Source of the DNA: Deltaproteobacteria bacterium ADurb.Bin151
Lineage (GTDB): Bacteria; Desulfobacterota; Syntrophia; Syntrophales; Smithellaceae
Direction of reading: 5' to 3'
DNA: 64,000 nucleotides
NCBI GenBank assembly: GCA_002070455.1
Contig: MWDG01000003.1
Coordinates: 7,626 to 71,625 of the forward strand
Part shown: in pieces, positions 28,731 through 38,287 of the stretch
How the letters are laid out: each line of letters begins with the position of its first letter
How positions within the stretch are numbered: position 1 is the stretch's first letter
Made by a program: the position numbers and the translations under genes
The notes under the pieces: model-generated
Seen by the model: the letters and a program-made list of their open reading frames with translations, nothing else
Told to the model about the DNA's origin: nothing
The model's database searches: none

Positions 28731-31700
28731 GTGATAAAAGATAACGAAAAAGTTGGTGCAGTAATGGTGGTTGGCGCTGGAATCGCCGGTATCCAGGCCT
28801 CCCTTGATTTAGCCAATTCCGGAATGAAGGTTTATCTCGTTGAAAACGGGATCAGCATTGGCGGTGTTATGGCCCAGCTGGACAAGACCTTCCCCACAAA
28901 TGATTGTTCCGCCTGTATTCTCTCTCCCAAGCTTGTCGAAGTTGGCCGTCACCCGAACGTCAACATTATGACAAGACGGACCGTCGAGACCGTGGAAGGA
29001 GAGCCCGGAAAGTTCAAGGTTAAACTCACGTCCGCACCCCGCTATGTCAATCTGGACAAATGCACCGGTTGCGGAGATTGCGCAAATGTCTGCCCGATTA
29101 CGGTCAAGGCCGCATTCAATGGCAATTTAAGCGAAAGAAAAGCAATATACCGGCACTTCCCCCAGGCGATTCCCAGCGGTTTTGCCATAGACAAACTGGG
29201 GACATCCCCCTGTAAAGCCAATTGTCCCACCCATATCAGTGTTCAGGGTTATGTGGCACTCATTGCCGATGGAAAATTCAAGGAAGCCCTCAAACTCATC
29301 AAACAGGACAACCCTTTCCCCATCGTCTGCGGACGCGTCTGCAACCATCCGTGCGAGACGGCCTGTATGCGCGGCAAGGTGGATGAACCGATCGACATCA
29401 TGCATCTGAAGCGTTTTGTCGCGGACCTGGACCTCAACAGCGATACCCGATACCTGCCCGAAAAGAAGGAAAGCAATGGCAAGAAAGTTGCCGTAGTCGG
29501 CGCGGGTCCGTCAGGACTTACGTGTGCGTACTACCTGGCGATTGAAGGTTATGAGGTGGTGGTTTACGAAGCCCTGCCGGTGGCGGGCGGCTGGATGGCT
29601 GTCGGCATTCCCGAATACCGCCTGCCCAAGAATGTTCTCAATGCGGAAATTAAAGTCATTCAGGATCTGGGCGTAAAGATTTATCTCAATACCAGAATTG
29701 GCAGAGACATTCCCTTCGACAAACTGAAAAGCGATTTTGACGCGGTCTTTATCGGCTGCGGCACCATGAAGAGCAGCAAGCTCAATATCCCCGGCGAAGA
29801 CATGCAGGGTGTGATCCATGGCGTGGATTACCTGATGCAGATCAACCTGGGCAAGCAGCTTTTCCTGGGAGACCGGGTTGCCGTTATCGGCGGTGGAAAC
29901 GTGGCCATGGACGCCGTTCGCACAGCCGTCAGAACCGGATCGAAAAATGTGTTTATCCTCTATCGACGGACCCGTGCTGAAATGCCCGCTTCACCCGAAG
30001 AAATCGAAGAAGCGATTGAAGAAGGAATTGAGATGAAATTCCTCGTTGCCCCGAAACGGGTTGTGGGCAAGGATGGAAAAGTCACCGGCATCGAATGTGC
30101 GAGGATGGAACTGGGCGAGCCGGATGCAAGCGGACGACGCCGTCCCATCGAGATCAAGGGGTCCGAATTCATCGTTGAATGCGATGCCATTGTTCCCGCC
30201 ATCGGTCAGGAGGCGGACCTCTCCTTTATTACGAAGGAAAGCGGAGTCTCCATTAACAAATGGAACAATGTCGATTACGACAAGGTCACTTTTGCAACCA
30301 ATGTTCCCGGTGTTTTCTCCGGCGGCGACGTAGTCACCGGACCGCAAACCGTTGTCAAAGCCGTCTTTTCCGGTAAGGAAGCGGCCAAATCCATCGACCG
30401 CTATCTGCAGGGCGTGGATATGAAGGCAGGCCGTGAGAAAGACTGGACCAAAGACCTCGCGGACAAAGCCGATGTTTCCGATGTTCCCAAGGTCCCCCGT
30501 GAAAAATACCCGAACATGAAACCGGAAGAGCGACGCACCAGTTTCCAGGAAGTCGGAATCGGCTTTTCGGAAGCCCAGGCGATCGCGGAAGCTAATCGCT
30601 GCCTGGCCTGCGGCATTTGTTCGGAATGTTATCAGTGCGTTGACGCCTGTATTGCCAAAGCCATTGATCATGAGATGAAAGCGGAAGAAGAGACGATTGA
30701 AGTCGGTGCCGTGATCGCCGCGCCCGGTTTTGAAATCTTTGATGCCAGCAAACGTGGAGAGTATGGTTATGGCATTTATAAAAATGTGGTGACGGCGCTG
30801 CAGTTTGAGCGGATCCTTTCCGCTTCCGGCCCCTATTTTGGACACGTCCAGAGAATTTCTGACGGTAAGGAACCGAAGAAGATCGCCTTTATTCAATGCG
30901 TAGGTTCGCGCGATGTTTCCTGCGGCAACAGCTGGTGTTCTTCGGTCTGCTGCATGTACGCGACAAAAGAGGCCATTATCGGAAAAGAACACGCAAAGGG
31001 GCTCGAACCGACAATTTTCTTCATGGATATCCGTGCCCATGGCAAGGATTTTGACCGTTTCGTCAATCGTGCCAAGGACGAATACGGTATTCGCTACATC
31101 CGCTCCATGCCGTCCTCTATCAAAGAACTGCAGCAGAACAACAATCTGCTTATCAAGTACACCAACCCGGACGGCAGTTTCACCGAAGAAGAATTCGACA
31201 TGGTGGTGCTGTCTGTGGGTCTGATGCCGCCCAAGGAAGCCAAAAAACTTTCCGCCAGCCTCGGCATCGAGCTCGAAGAGCACGGTTTCTGCAAAACGCA
31301 GCTTGAAAATCCCGTCAAGACATCGCGTCCCGGCGTGTTTGTCTGCGGCGCCTTTGGTGGCCCGAAAGACATTCCGGAAACGGTCATGGAGGCTTCGGCT
31401 GCTGCGGCCTGTGCGGAAGGGATGCTGGCCGGTAAACGCGGCACGATGATTACACCCGTGGAAAATCCGGAAGAAAAGGATATGCGCGGTCAGAGCGTGC
31501 GCACCGGTGTTTTTGTATGTCACTGCGGCATCAATATTGGCGGTGTTGTCAATGTCCCCGAAGTCCGCGACTTTGCGGCAACCCTGCCCACCGTTGTTTA
31601 TACGGCAGACAATCTCTTCACCTGTTCGCAGGATACCGCGGTGAAAATGGGGGAAGTCATCAAGGAACAAAACCTGACCCGCGTGGTCGTTGCTTCCTGT

Positions 31701-33164
31701 TCGCCCCGGACGCACGAGGGGCTTTTCCAGGAAAACTGCGAAAAGGCCGGCCTGAACCGCTATCTGTTTGAGATGGCCAATATCCGCGATCAGGATTCCT
31801 GGGTACACATGCATGAGCCGGAAAAAGCCACCCAAAAAGCCAAAGACCTGTTGAGGATGGCTGTGGCCAAGGCCCAGTATCTCAAACCGCTAAAACCCGG
31901 GCAGCTTTCTGTCAACCACCAGGCGTTGATTATCGGCGGTGGTCTGGCCGGTATAACCGCTGCCCTGTCTCTGGCGGATCAGGGTTTTGCGTCCTTCGTC
32001 ATTGAAAAAGAAGACCGTTTGGGCGGCAATTACAATCATCTGTATAAGACCCTTGAAGGTCTGGATACACGCGCTCACCTGAAAGGGCTGCTGGAAAAGG
32101 TTTACAACAATCCTTTAATTACCGTCGTAACGGGCGCCCATATTGAAAAGATTGAAGGATTTATCGGGAATTACAAAACCACTGTAAAAAACAAAGACGG
32201 CGAGAAAGTCTTCGAGCACGGGGTGGTGCTTGTAGCCATCGGTGCATACGAAAATGAACCGAAAGAATACCTCTACAAACAGAACGCAAAGGTCAAAACA
32301 CAAAGAGAGCTGGAAAAACTGATCTACGAAAAGGATCCGAAACTGGCCGCTGTGAAAAACGTAGTCATGATTCAGTGTGTGGGCAGCCGCAATGAAGAAA
32401 GACCTTACTGCAGCCGCTACTGTTGCGGTGAGGCGATCAAAAACGCTCTGGAACTTAAAGCGGCTGATCCGTCGCGTGATATTACAATTCTCTATCGTGA
32501 TATCCGTACTTTTGCTTTCAAGGAGGACTATTACAAGAAAGCCCGTGAAGCGAACATCAAATTCATTTCTTATGAAGAAAACCGCAAACCGGAAGTGGTT
32601 GCATCAGGTGATAAGGTGGAAGTAAAAGTCCATGATCCGATTTTGAATGAAACGGTGAATTTGTCCGCGGATGCAGTGGTGTTGAGTGTCGGCGTGGTGC
32701 CGAATCCGGAAAACGTTGCGATCGGCAATATGCTGAAAGTGCCCACCAATCAGGACGGTTTTTTCCTGGAAGCGCACGTCAAATTGCGTCCGGTTGATTT
32801 CGCAACCGACGGTGTATTTATGTGCGGTATGTCTCATTCGCCCAAGTATAGTGACGAGACAGTTACACAAGCCAACGCCGCGGTATCGCGCGCCTGTCTG
32901 ATTTTGACGCAGGATTACATCCAGGCGGAAGGTAAGACCGCCTATGTGAACAAGGAAAGATGTTCCGCATGCGGTTTGTGCGAAATCAACTGTCCTTACA
33001 GCGCTATCAGCGTGAATGTGGCAGAAGGCTGTGCCGAAGTGAACGCGGTTCTTTGTAAAGGCTGCGGCGTCTGCACCGCGTCCTGTCGTATGAATGCCGT
33101 GGATCTCAACGGCTTCAACAACGAAGAAGTGCTGGCACAGATATACAACATCAACGAAGGCTAA
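28731..33164 (+). CDS. hdrL: HdrL-type giant flavo-iron-sulfur protein: HdrA-like module split by a GltD-like NAD(P)H/FAD domain, followed by a second complete HdrA-like module
   Basis: GTG start. N-terminus VVGAGIAGIQASLDLA..DKTFPTNDCSACIL is HdrA-like. Residues ~150-560 are like glutamate synthase small subunit (CP.HI.VQGY...CGRVC.HPCE.AC.R, VAVVGAGPSGLTCAYYL). A second FVCHCG.NI...ASCSPR module follows, with C-terminal 2x[4Fe-4S] Cys clusters. Confidence 0.75.
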   Translation: MIKDNEKVGAVMVVGAGIAGIQASLDLANSGMKVYLVENGISIGGVMAQLDKTFPTNDCSACILSPKLVEVGRHPNVNIMTRRTVETVEGEPGKFKVKLTSAPRYVNLDKCTGCGDCANVCPITVKAAFNGNLSERKAIYRHFPQAIPSGFAIDKLGTSPCKANCPTHISVQGYVALIADGKFKEALKLIKQDNPFPIVCGRVCNHPCETACMRGKVDEPIDIMHLKRFVADLDLNSDTRYLPEKKESNGKKVAVVGAGPSGLTCAYYLAIEGYEVVVYEALPVAGGWMAVGIPEYRLPKNVLNAEIKVIQDLGVKIYLNTRIGRDIPFDKLKSDFDAVFIGCGTMKSSKLNIPGEDMQGVIHGVDYLMQINLGKQLFLGDRVAVIGGGNVAMDAVRTAVRTGSKNVFILYRRTRAEMPASPEEIEEAIEEGIEMKFLVAPKRVVGKDGKVTGIECARMELGEPDASGRRRPIEIKGSEFIVECDAIVPAIGQEADLSFITKESGVSINKWNNVDYDKVTFATNVPGVFSGGDVVTGPQTVVKAVFSGKEAAKSIDRYLQGVDMKAGREKDWTKDLADKADVSDVPKVPREKYPNMKPEERRTSFQEVGIGFSEAQAIAEANRCLACGICSECYQCVDACIAKAIDHEMKAEEETIEVGAVIAAPGFEIFDASKRGEYGYGIYKNVVTALQFERILSASGPYFGHVQRISDGKEPKKIAFIQCVGSRDVSCGNSWCSSVCCMYATKEAIIGKEHAKGLEPTIFFMDIRAHGKDFDRFVNRAKDEYGIRYIRSMPSSIKELQQNNNLLIKYTNPDGSFTEEEFDMVVLSVGLMPPKEAKKLSASLGIELEEHGFCKTQLENPVKTSRPGVFVCGAFGGPKDIPETVMEASAAAACAEGMLAGKRGTMITPVENPEEKDMRGQSVRTGVFVCHCGINIGGVVNVPEVRDFAATLPTVVYTADNLFTCSQDTAVKMGEVIKEQNLTRVVVASCSPRTHEGLFQENCEKAGLNRYLFEMANIRDQDSWVHMHEPEKATQKAKDLLRMAVAKAQYLKPLKPGQLSVNHQALIIGGGLAGITAALSLADQGFASFVIEKEDRLGGNYNHLYKTLEGLDTRAHLKGLLEKVYNNPLITVVTGAHIEKIEGFIGNYKTTVKNKDGEKVFEHGVVLVAIGAYENEPKEYLYKQNAKVKTQRELEKLIYEKDPKLAAVKNVVMIQCVGSRNEERPYCSRYCCGEAIKNALELKAADPSRDITILYRDIRTFAFKEDYYKKAREANIKFISYEENRKPEVVASGDKVEVKVHDPILNETVNLSADAVVLSVGVVPNPENVAIGNMLKVPTNQDGFFLEAHVKLRPVDFATDGVFMCGMSHSPKYSDETVTQANAAVSRACLILTQDYIQAEGKTAYVNKERCSACGLCEINCPYSAISVNVAEGCAEVNAVLCKGCGVCTASCRMNAVDLNGFNNEEVLAQIYNINEG

Positions 33165-33200
33165 CGGCTCAAAACCGTACAGCCTCTGGAAGGAGAATAT

Positions 33201-33641
33201 ATGGCTGAAAACGTAGCAAACAAAGAATGGGAACCGAAATTCGTTGCCATTGTCTGCAACTGGTGCACCTATGCGGGTGCCGACCTGGCGGGGATCAGCA
33301 GAATTCAGTATCCGACAAATGTTCGGATCATCCGCGTTCCCTGTACGGGAAGGATAAATCCTTTTTATATCGTGAAAGCCCTGCAGACAGGTGCCGACGG
33401 CGTTCTGGTTTCGGGTTGACACCCGGGTGAATGCCACTATACCTCAGGAAATCTGGTGGCACGGCGCAAGTTTGCGACGTTAAAAAGTTTCCTGAATTAC
33501 ATCGGTGTGGAAGGTGACAGAACCATATTTACCTGGGTTTCTGCATCCGAAGGTGACCGGTGGGCACAGGTCATCAAAGGCGCTACGGAAAAAATAAGGG
33601 CGCTGGGGCCGGCCAATAAGCTGATTAAGAAGATTGCGTAG
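33201..33641 (+). CDS. flxD: MvhD/FlxD-like [2Fe-2S] protein with in-frame UGA at 33417-33419 (candidate selenocysteine)
   Basis: ORFs 33201..33419 and 33456..33641 are in the same frame, separated only by one TGA. The read-through product ...[24 protein letters not shown]... aligns residue-for-residue with the paralogue at 41976 (...[24 protein letters not shown]...). Confidence 0.75.
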
Positions 33642-33683
33642 TCTGATAAAAGATAATCATTAATAAACGGGGAAATCATCACT

Positions 33684-34694
33684 GTGGAAAACATCGAAAC
33701 AAAATTGCGGGAAGAAGCAAACAGGCTGCTCTTGGAAAAGAAGGTCGACGTGATCATCGGCTTTGAAAAAGGTACGCTTCCATTAACGGCGACACCGTGC
33801 TTTATCACGAAGCCGGAAGAAGCCGACAAGCTTGTCTGGAATAATCTCTGCACGCAGAACCTGGCTAAATTTGTGCACGATCTGATCACGGCACATAAGA
33901 ATTCGCAAAAGCGGGTGAAGCCGGAGGATCGAAAGAAAAAAGTCATTGGCGTCGTCGCCCGTGGCTGTACAACTCGTTCGCTCATCATCCACCTGCAGGA
34001 GAGGCAGTACGGAAGAGATGAAGTCTTTATTATCGGCGTTCCCTGCGATGGTTATGTGGACGGAAAAGGCCTGAAAGTGAAGATAAACGGGGCGGACATT
34101 ATCGAGGGATCGATGGACGGCGCCCAGATTAAAATGAAGACTTCCGACGGCGACAAAACCGTTGATTTCAAAGATGTGCTGGCAGACTGCTGCAAGACCT
34201 GCCGTTTCAACAATCCCATTATTTCCGACGTTATGATCGGATCGCCCGCGCCGCCAATGAATCCCGATGCGGAATACGACGATGTCAAGGAATTTGAAGC
34301 GAAAACGATTGAAGAGCGTTGGGCTTACTTTGCGAAAGAAATGGAAAAGTGCATCCGTTGCTACGCGTGCCGCCAGGCCTGCCCTTCCTGCTACTGTCCG
34401 ACCTGCTTTGTCGAACAGAGCCAGCCTCAATGGGTGGGCATCGGAGAGGATGCCACGGATACCCAGGTGTTTCAGTTCATGCGCCTGTATCACATGGTTG
34501 GTCGCTGCGTGGACTGCGGTTCCTGCGTTTCCGTCTGTCCGATGGGCGTGGATTTGAGGAAGTTCCTGAAGAAACTCGACAAGGATTGCCTCGAATTCTT
34601 CGGCAACCGGGCCGGCTCCAGCATGGAAGATATGCCGCCACTGGGCAAATTTGACGAACATCACGATAAACAAGATTTTATCTACAACCCATAA
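33684..34694 (+). CDS. flxC: FlxC-like iron-sulfur protein (2x[4Fe-4S] ferredoxin-type domain)
   Basis: GTG start. CIRCYACRQACPSCYCPTC and CVDCGSCVSVCP cluster motifs. Paralogue of 42407..43273. Confidence 0.6.
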   Translation: MENIETKLREEANRLLLEKKVDVIIGFEKGTLPLTATPCFITKPEEADKLVWNNLCTQNLAKFVHDLITAHKNSQKRVKPEDRKKKVIGVVARGCTTRSLIIHLQERQYGRDEVFIIGVPCDGYVDGKGLKVKINGADIIEGSMDGAQIKMKTSDGDKTVDFKDVLADCCKTCRFNNPIISDVMIGSPAPPMNPDAEYDDVKEFEAKTIEERWAYFAKEMEKCIRCYACRQACPSCYCPTCFVEQSQPQWVGIGEDATDTQVFQFMRLYHMVGRCVDCGSCVSVCPMGVDLRKFLKKLDKDCLEFFGNRAGSSMEDMPPLGKFDEHHDKQDFIYNP

Positions 34695-34718
34695 TTCGTT
34701 CGAGAAGATGGAGTTTAC

Positions 34719-35246
34719 ATGGAAACTTTTCTGGAAGCAGTGAATAAAAAAATACATGGTGTTCCATTGCAGGCCTGTTACCACTGCAGGAAGTGCTCGG
34801 CAGGCTGCCCCGCCGCGTCCTACATGGAATTTAACCCCAATAAAGTTATAAAAATGATCCAGAACGGGCAGAAAGACAAGGTGCTTTCGAGCTCCACCAT
34901 CTGGCTGTGCCTGTCTTGCGAAACCTGCATCACCCGTTGTCCCAATCAGGTCGATATCGCGCGGATGATGGACGTCCTTCGGCAGATGGCCATTGAAGAA
35001 GGTGTTGCCGCCAGGGAAGCAAATGTCCTGAAGTTCCACGAGGCATTCCTCTCCAGCATCAAGTTCGGTGGTCGCGTCCATGAAATGTTGATGACGGTTC
35101 ACTACAAGCTTAAGTCCGGTGACTTCTTCTCGGATGTGGACATTGCACCGTCAATGTTCCTTAAGGGAAAGCTGGCGCTTCTGCCGCCGCGGACCAAAGA
35201 TATGAAGTCGGTGAAGAATATTTTTGAGAAGACGAAAACAAAATGA
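34719..35246 (+). CDS. hdrC: Heterodisulfide reductase subunit C-like
   Basis: CYHCRKCSAGCP and CLSCETCITRCP motifs, with size (175 aa) and context typical of HdrC. Confidence 0.8.
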   Translation: METFLEAVNKKIHGVPLQACYHCRKCSAGCPAASYMEFNPNKVIKMIQNGQKDKVLSSSTIWLCLSCETCITRCPNQVDIARMMDVLRQMAIEEGVAAREANVLKFHEAFLSSIKFGGRVHEMLMTVHYKLKSGDFFSDVDIAPSMFLKGKLALLPPRTKDMKSVKNIFEKTKTK

Positions 35247-35314
35247 TGATGGAATATCGCGCGTCGCGCCGGAAGCCTGATGCGCTGTACCAAGCATAGA
35301 AGGAGGCTACTCTC

Positions 35315-36163
35315 TTGAAAGTTTCATATTATCCGGGTTGCTCGCTGCATGCGATGGGAAAAGAGTATGATCAGTCCATGAAGGCCGTGAGCCGCGCCCT
35401 CAACATCGAACTCAAAGAAGTTGACGATTGGTCCTGCTGCGGAGCATCCGCCGCGCATAATACCAATTTCGACCTGTCCATTGCCTTGCCGGCGCGGAAT
35501 CTCATCGCCGCCGAAAAAGATGCGATGGATGTGATGGTCCCCTGCGCCGCCTGTTTCAACCGCTTTAAAATGGCGGAGCATCATCTGAAGGCCGACAAAG
35601 ACCTGAAAGCCCGTATTGAAGGCGTCCTGGGCGCTAAATATCAGGGCGGCATCGCCATCCGCAATCCGATTGACGTGATATACAATGAAATCGGGATCGA
35701 TGCGCTGGCGGCGAAAGTCGTGAAGCCTATGGCGGGTCTGAAGCCGGTTTCCTATTACGGCTGTCTGCTTTTGCGTCCGCCCGAAGTATGCCAGTTTGAA
35801 AATTATGAAAATCCCTTCATGCTCGACAAAATGATGGGAGCCATCGGCGCCGATGTGAAAAACTGGTCATACAAGACCGATTGCTGCGGTGGTTCGCTGT
35901 CGGTCAGCAAGACGGCCATTGTGGTGGAGATGTGCGACAAGCTGATGGGTGGAGCCCGTGAAGCCGGTGCCAACTGTGTGGTGACGGCCTGTCCGATGTG
36001 CATGGCCAACCTGGAAATGCGTCCGAGCCCGAACATGAAAATGCCGGTCTTTTATTTTACGGAATTGCTTTCGTTGGCCCTGGATCTTCCCGGTTCGAAA
36101 GATACCTTCAAGTCGCATCTGACGGATGTGCAGCCGTTGTTGAGTCAGTTGCGATTGGTTTAA
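35315..36163 (+). CDS. hdrB: Heterodisulfide reductase subunit B-like (two CCG domains)
   Basis: TTG start follows GAAGGAGG. YYPGCSL, WSCCGAS and TDCCGGS CCG-domain motifs. Confidence 0.8.
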   Translation: MKVSYYPGCSLHAMGKEYDQSMKAVSRALNIELKEVDDWSCCGASAAHNTNFDLSIALPARNLIAAEKDAMDVMVPCAACFNRFKMAEHHLKADKDLKARIEGVLGAKYQGGIAIRNPIDVIYNEIGIDALAAKVVKPMAGLKPVSYYGCLLLRPPEVCQFENYENPFMLDKMMGAIGADVKNWSYKTDCCGGSLSVSKTAIVVEMCDKLMGGAREAGANCVVTACPMCMANLEMRPSPNMKMPVFYFTELLSLALDLPGSKDTFKSHLTDVQPLLSQLRLV

Positions 36164-36232
36164 ATGAAGCTGATAAAACCCCGACGCTGTGAAAAATGTA
36201 ACGTTGGATAAAATAATAATTTAGGGACAATT

Positions 36233-37255
36233 ATGGAAAAACGTTTGATCAAAAAAGATGCGCTGGCAGGCATTGCCAAAAAAATGGCCGGAGATCTCCT
36301 GGTTTGGGCGCCGGTAAAGAAAGAGGACAACGTTCTTTTTGCACCTCTCGGATCCGGTGATGAACCTTTCTTTGCTTACTTGAATTCCAAAAACGCGCCG
36401 AAGAATGTTTTCTTCCCTCACACGGAGACCCTGATGAAATTCACCCGCACGCCGAAGGGGATGGTATTTTCGTCAGAGACAAATCAAGCCGCGCAGTCGG
36501 TCTTATTTGGTGTGCGCCCCTGCGACGCCCACAGCTTCGTCCTTCTGGATAAGCTTTTCGATCAGGAGAAATACAAGGACGGCTATTATATCGAAAAACG
36601 GAAAAGCACGACGGTAATCTCGCTGGCTTGTGTCAAGCCGCCTTACGCGACCTGCTTCTGCACATCGGTGGACGGAGAACCGGTTTCCGCTGAAGGTGCG
36701 GACATTCTGCTTACCGATATCGGGGGCGATTATCTGGCGGAATTTATCACCGAAAAGGGTGAAAAGCTCGCGAAGTACTTTGGAGAGACAAAAGCCGACG
36801 CCGCGGCGGACACAAAGAAATCGGAAATCGCCACAAAGGCCAAAGAGTCGATTGCCTCGAAGATTCCCGCGCATGAAATCAAGCCGATTCTGGACGTCAA
36901 TTTTGATAATCCCTTCTGGAACACGATCCATGGCAAGTGTCTGGCCTGCGGGACCTGTACCTACATGTGCCCCACCTGTCACTGTTTCGATATCAGCGAT
37001 GAAGTCAAGGGATCAGACGGGGTGCGTATCCGTTCGTGGGATTCCTGCATGTTCCCGCTGTTTACAAAAGAAACATCAGGGCATAATCCGCGCTCTTCCC
37101 AGAAAGAAAGATGGCGTCAGCGCGCGATGCACAAGTTCAAGTATTATGTGGACATGTTTAATGCAATTGCCTGTGTCGGTTGCGGCCGTTGTGTCATGAG
37201 TTGTCCCGTAAATATTGATATCCGTAAAGTTGTTGAAGATATCTCAAAATTATAA
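36233..37255 (+). CDS. flxB: FlxB-like iron-sulfur protein (AsrA / sulfhydrogenase beta-subunit-like)
   Basis: GVRPCD motif. CLACGTCTYMCPTCHCFD and CVGCGRCVMSCP clusters. Confidence 0.6.
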   Translation: MEKRLIKKDALAGIAKKMAGDLLVWAPVKKEDNVLFAPLGSGDEPFFAYLNSKNAPKNVFFPHTETLMKFTRTPKGMVFSSETNQAAQSVLFGVRPCDAHSFVLLDKLFDQEKYKDGYYIEKRKSTTVISLACVKPPYATCFCTSVDGEPVSAEGADILLTDIGGDYLAEFITEKGEKLAKYFGETKADAAADTKKSEIATKAKESIASKIPAHEIKPILDVNFDNPFWNTIHGKCLACGTCTYMCPTCHCFDISDEVKGSDGVRIRSWDSCMFPLFTKETSGHNPRSSQKERWRQRAMHKFKYYVDMFNAIACVGCGRCVMSCPVNIDIRKVVEDISKL

Positions 37256-37269
37256 ACAGGGAGTTCGTA

Positions 37270-38109
37270 ATGCAAAACCCGTATATTCCTTATCCCGTAA
37301 TCGTGGATAAAATCATTACTGAAGTCGATACCAAAGACATCAAGACCTTCCGGTTCAAGTTTGTCAATCCGGAAGACGAGCAGAAGTATGCATATATCCC
37401 CGGCCAGTTTGGTGAACTTTCCATCTACGGCAAGGGAGAATCACCCATTGGAATTGCTTCCTCTCCAACGCAGAAAGGTTATGTTGAATTTACTGTGCAG
37501 AAAGCCGGTGTGGTTACCTCGGCGCTCCATGAAATGGAAGAAGGCATGATGATGGGTATTCGCGGGCCGCTGGGCAACTCCTGGCCGCTCGAATTTCTCG
37601 AAGGGAAAAACATTGTGATTGTCGGCGGCGGTTTCGCGTTTACAACGCTCCGGTCGCTGATTAATTACATGATATACGGTGACAACCGCAAGCGTTTCGG
37701 CAACATCACCGTGATTTACGGTGCGAGAAATCCCGGTTTACTGCTTTATAAAGATGAGCTGATCGAATGGCAGAAACGGGATGATTTGAATATAAATGTT
37801 ACTGTTGATAAAGGCGACGCGACCTGGAAGGGCAGGGAAGGATTCGTTCCTGCCGTCTGCAAGGAAGTCGCTCCCAGCAAGGAAAACGCGGTTGCCGTGA
37901 TCTGCGGTCCCCCTGTGATGATCCGTTTTACCCTGCCGGTGTTCTTTGAACTCGGCTTTTCGAAGGAAAACATCATTACATCACTGGAAATGCGGATGAA
38001 ATGCGGCATCGGAAAGTGCGGCCGCTGCAATGTCGGCAGCAAATATGTCTGCAAGGACGGCCCGGTCTTTACGCTGGCGGAGCTGGATAAACTGACGCCG
38101 GAATACTAA
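37270..38109 (+). CDS. flxA: FlxA-like FAD/NAD(P)H-binding oxidoreductase with C-terminal [2Fe-2S] (AsrB/HydG-like)
   Basis: PGQF...GESP (FAD-binding), VGGG.AFTTLRS (NAD-binding), CGIGKCGRCNVG cluster motif. Confidence 0.65.
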   Translation: MQNPYIPYPVIVDKIITEVDTKDIKTFRFKFVNPEDEQKYAYIPGQFGELSIYGKGESPIGIASSPTQKGYVEFTVQKAGVVTSALHEMEEGMMMGIRGPLGNSWPLEFLEGKNIVIVGGGFAFTTLRSLINYMIYGDNRKRFGNITVIYGARNPGLLLYKDELIEWQKRDDLNINVTVDKGDATWKGREGFVPAVCKEVAPSKENAVAVICGPPVMIRFTLPVFFELGFSKENIITSLEMRMKCGIGKCGRCNVGSKYVCKDGPVFTLAELDKLTPEY

Positions 38110-38141
38110 CCAGTCCCGGATTCTTCAAGAATTTTTCTTAA

Positions 38142-38169
38142 AAGGGAGCCTTTGGGTTCCCTTTTTTTT
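38142..38169 (+). terminator. Rho-independent terminator closing the first Flx/Hdr operon
   Basis: AAGGGAGCC-tttg-GGTTCCCTT followed by a T8 run. Confidence 0.8.
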
Positions 38170-38287
38170 GCAGCACCCTATCGGACTGCGTGGGCGTGGG
38201 GGTCGGTAAAGTGAAAAAAATTTGAAGTTTGTTTTTTTCTATGCTAGCAGAAACATAAATTGACGCATCAATCATGGGAGATATTTA

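Noticed and set aside
29991-31835. 614-aa ORF on the minus strand inside hdrL. Similar long antisense ORFs occur at 4609..5712, 13894..15141, 33783..35102, 40361..41584, 47431..48126 and 62393..63397.
   Set aside because: Each lies entirely antisense to a gene with clear family motifs. Their products are low-complexity and Arg/Gly/His-rich with no motifs or SDs. These are classic shadow ORFs.
33417-33419. The TGA could mean that the MvhD-like gene is a pseudogene or two separate small genes.
   Set aside because: Homology to the paralogue continues uninterrupted in the same frame on both sides. The TGA aligns exactly with a conserved Cys, and a hairpin sits at SECIS distance. Selenocysteine is the more economical reading, though it is unproven without the sel genes.
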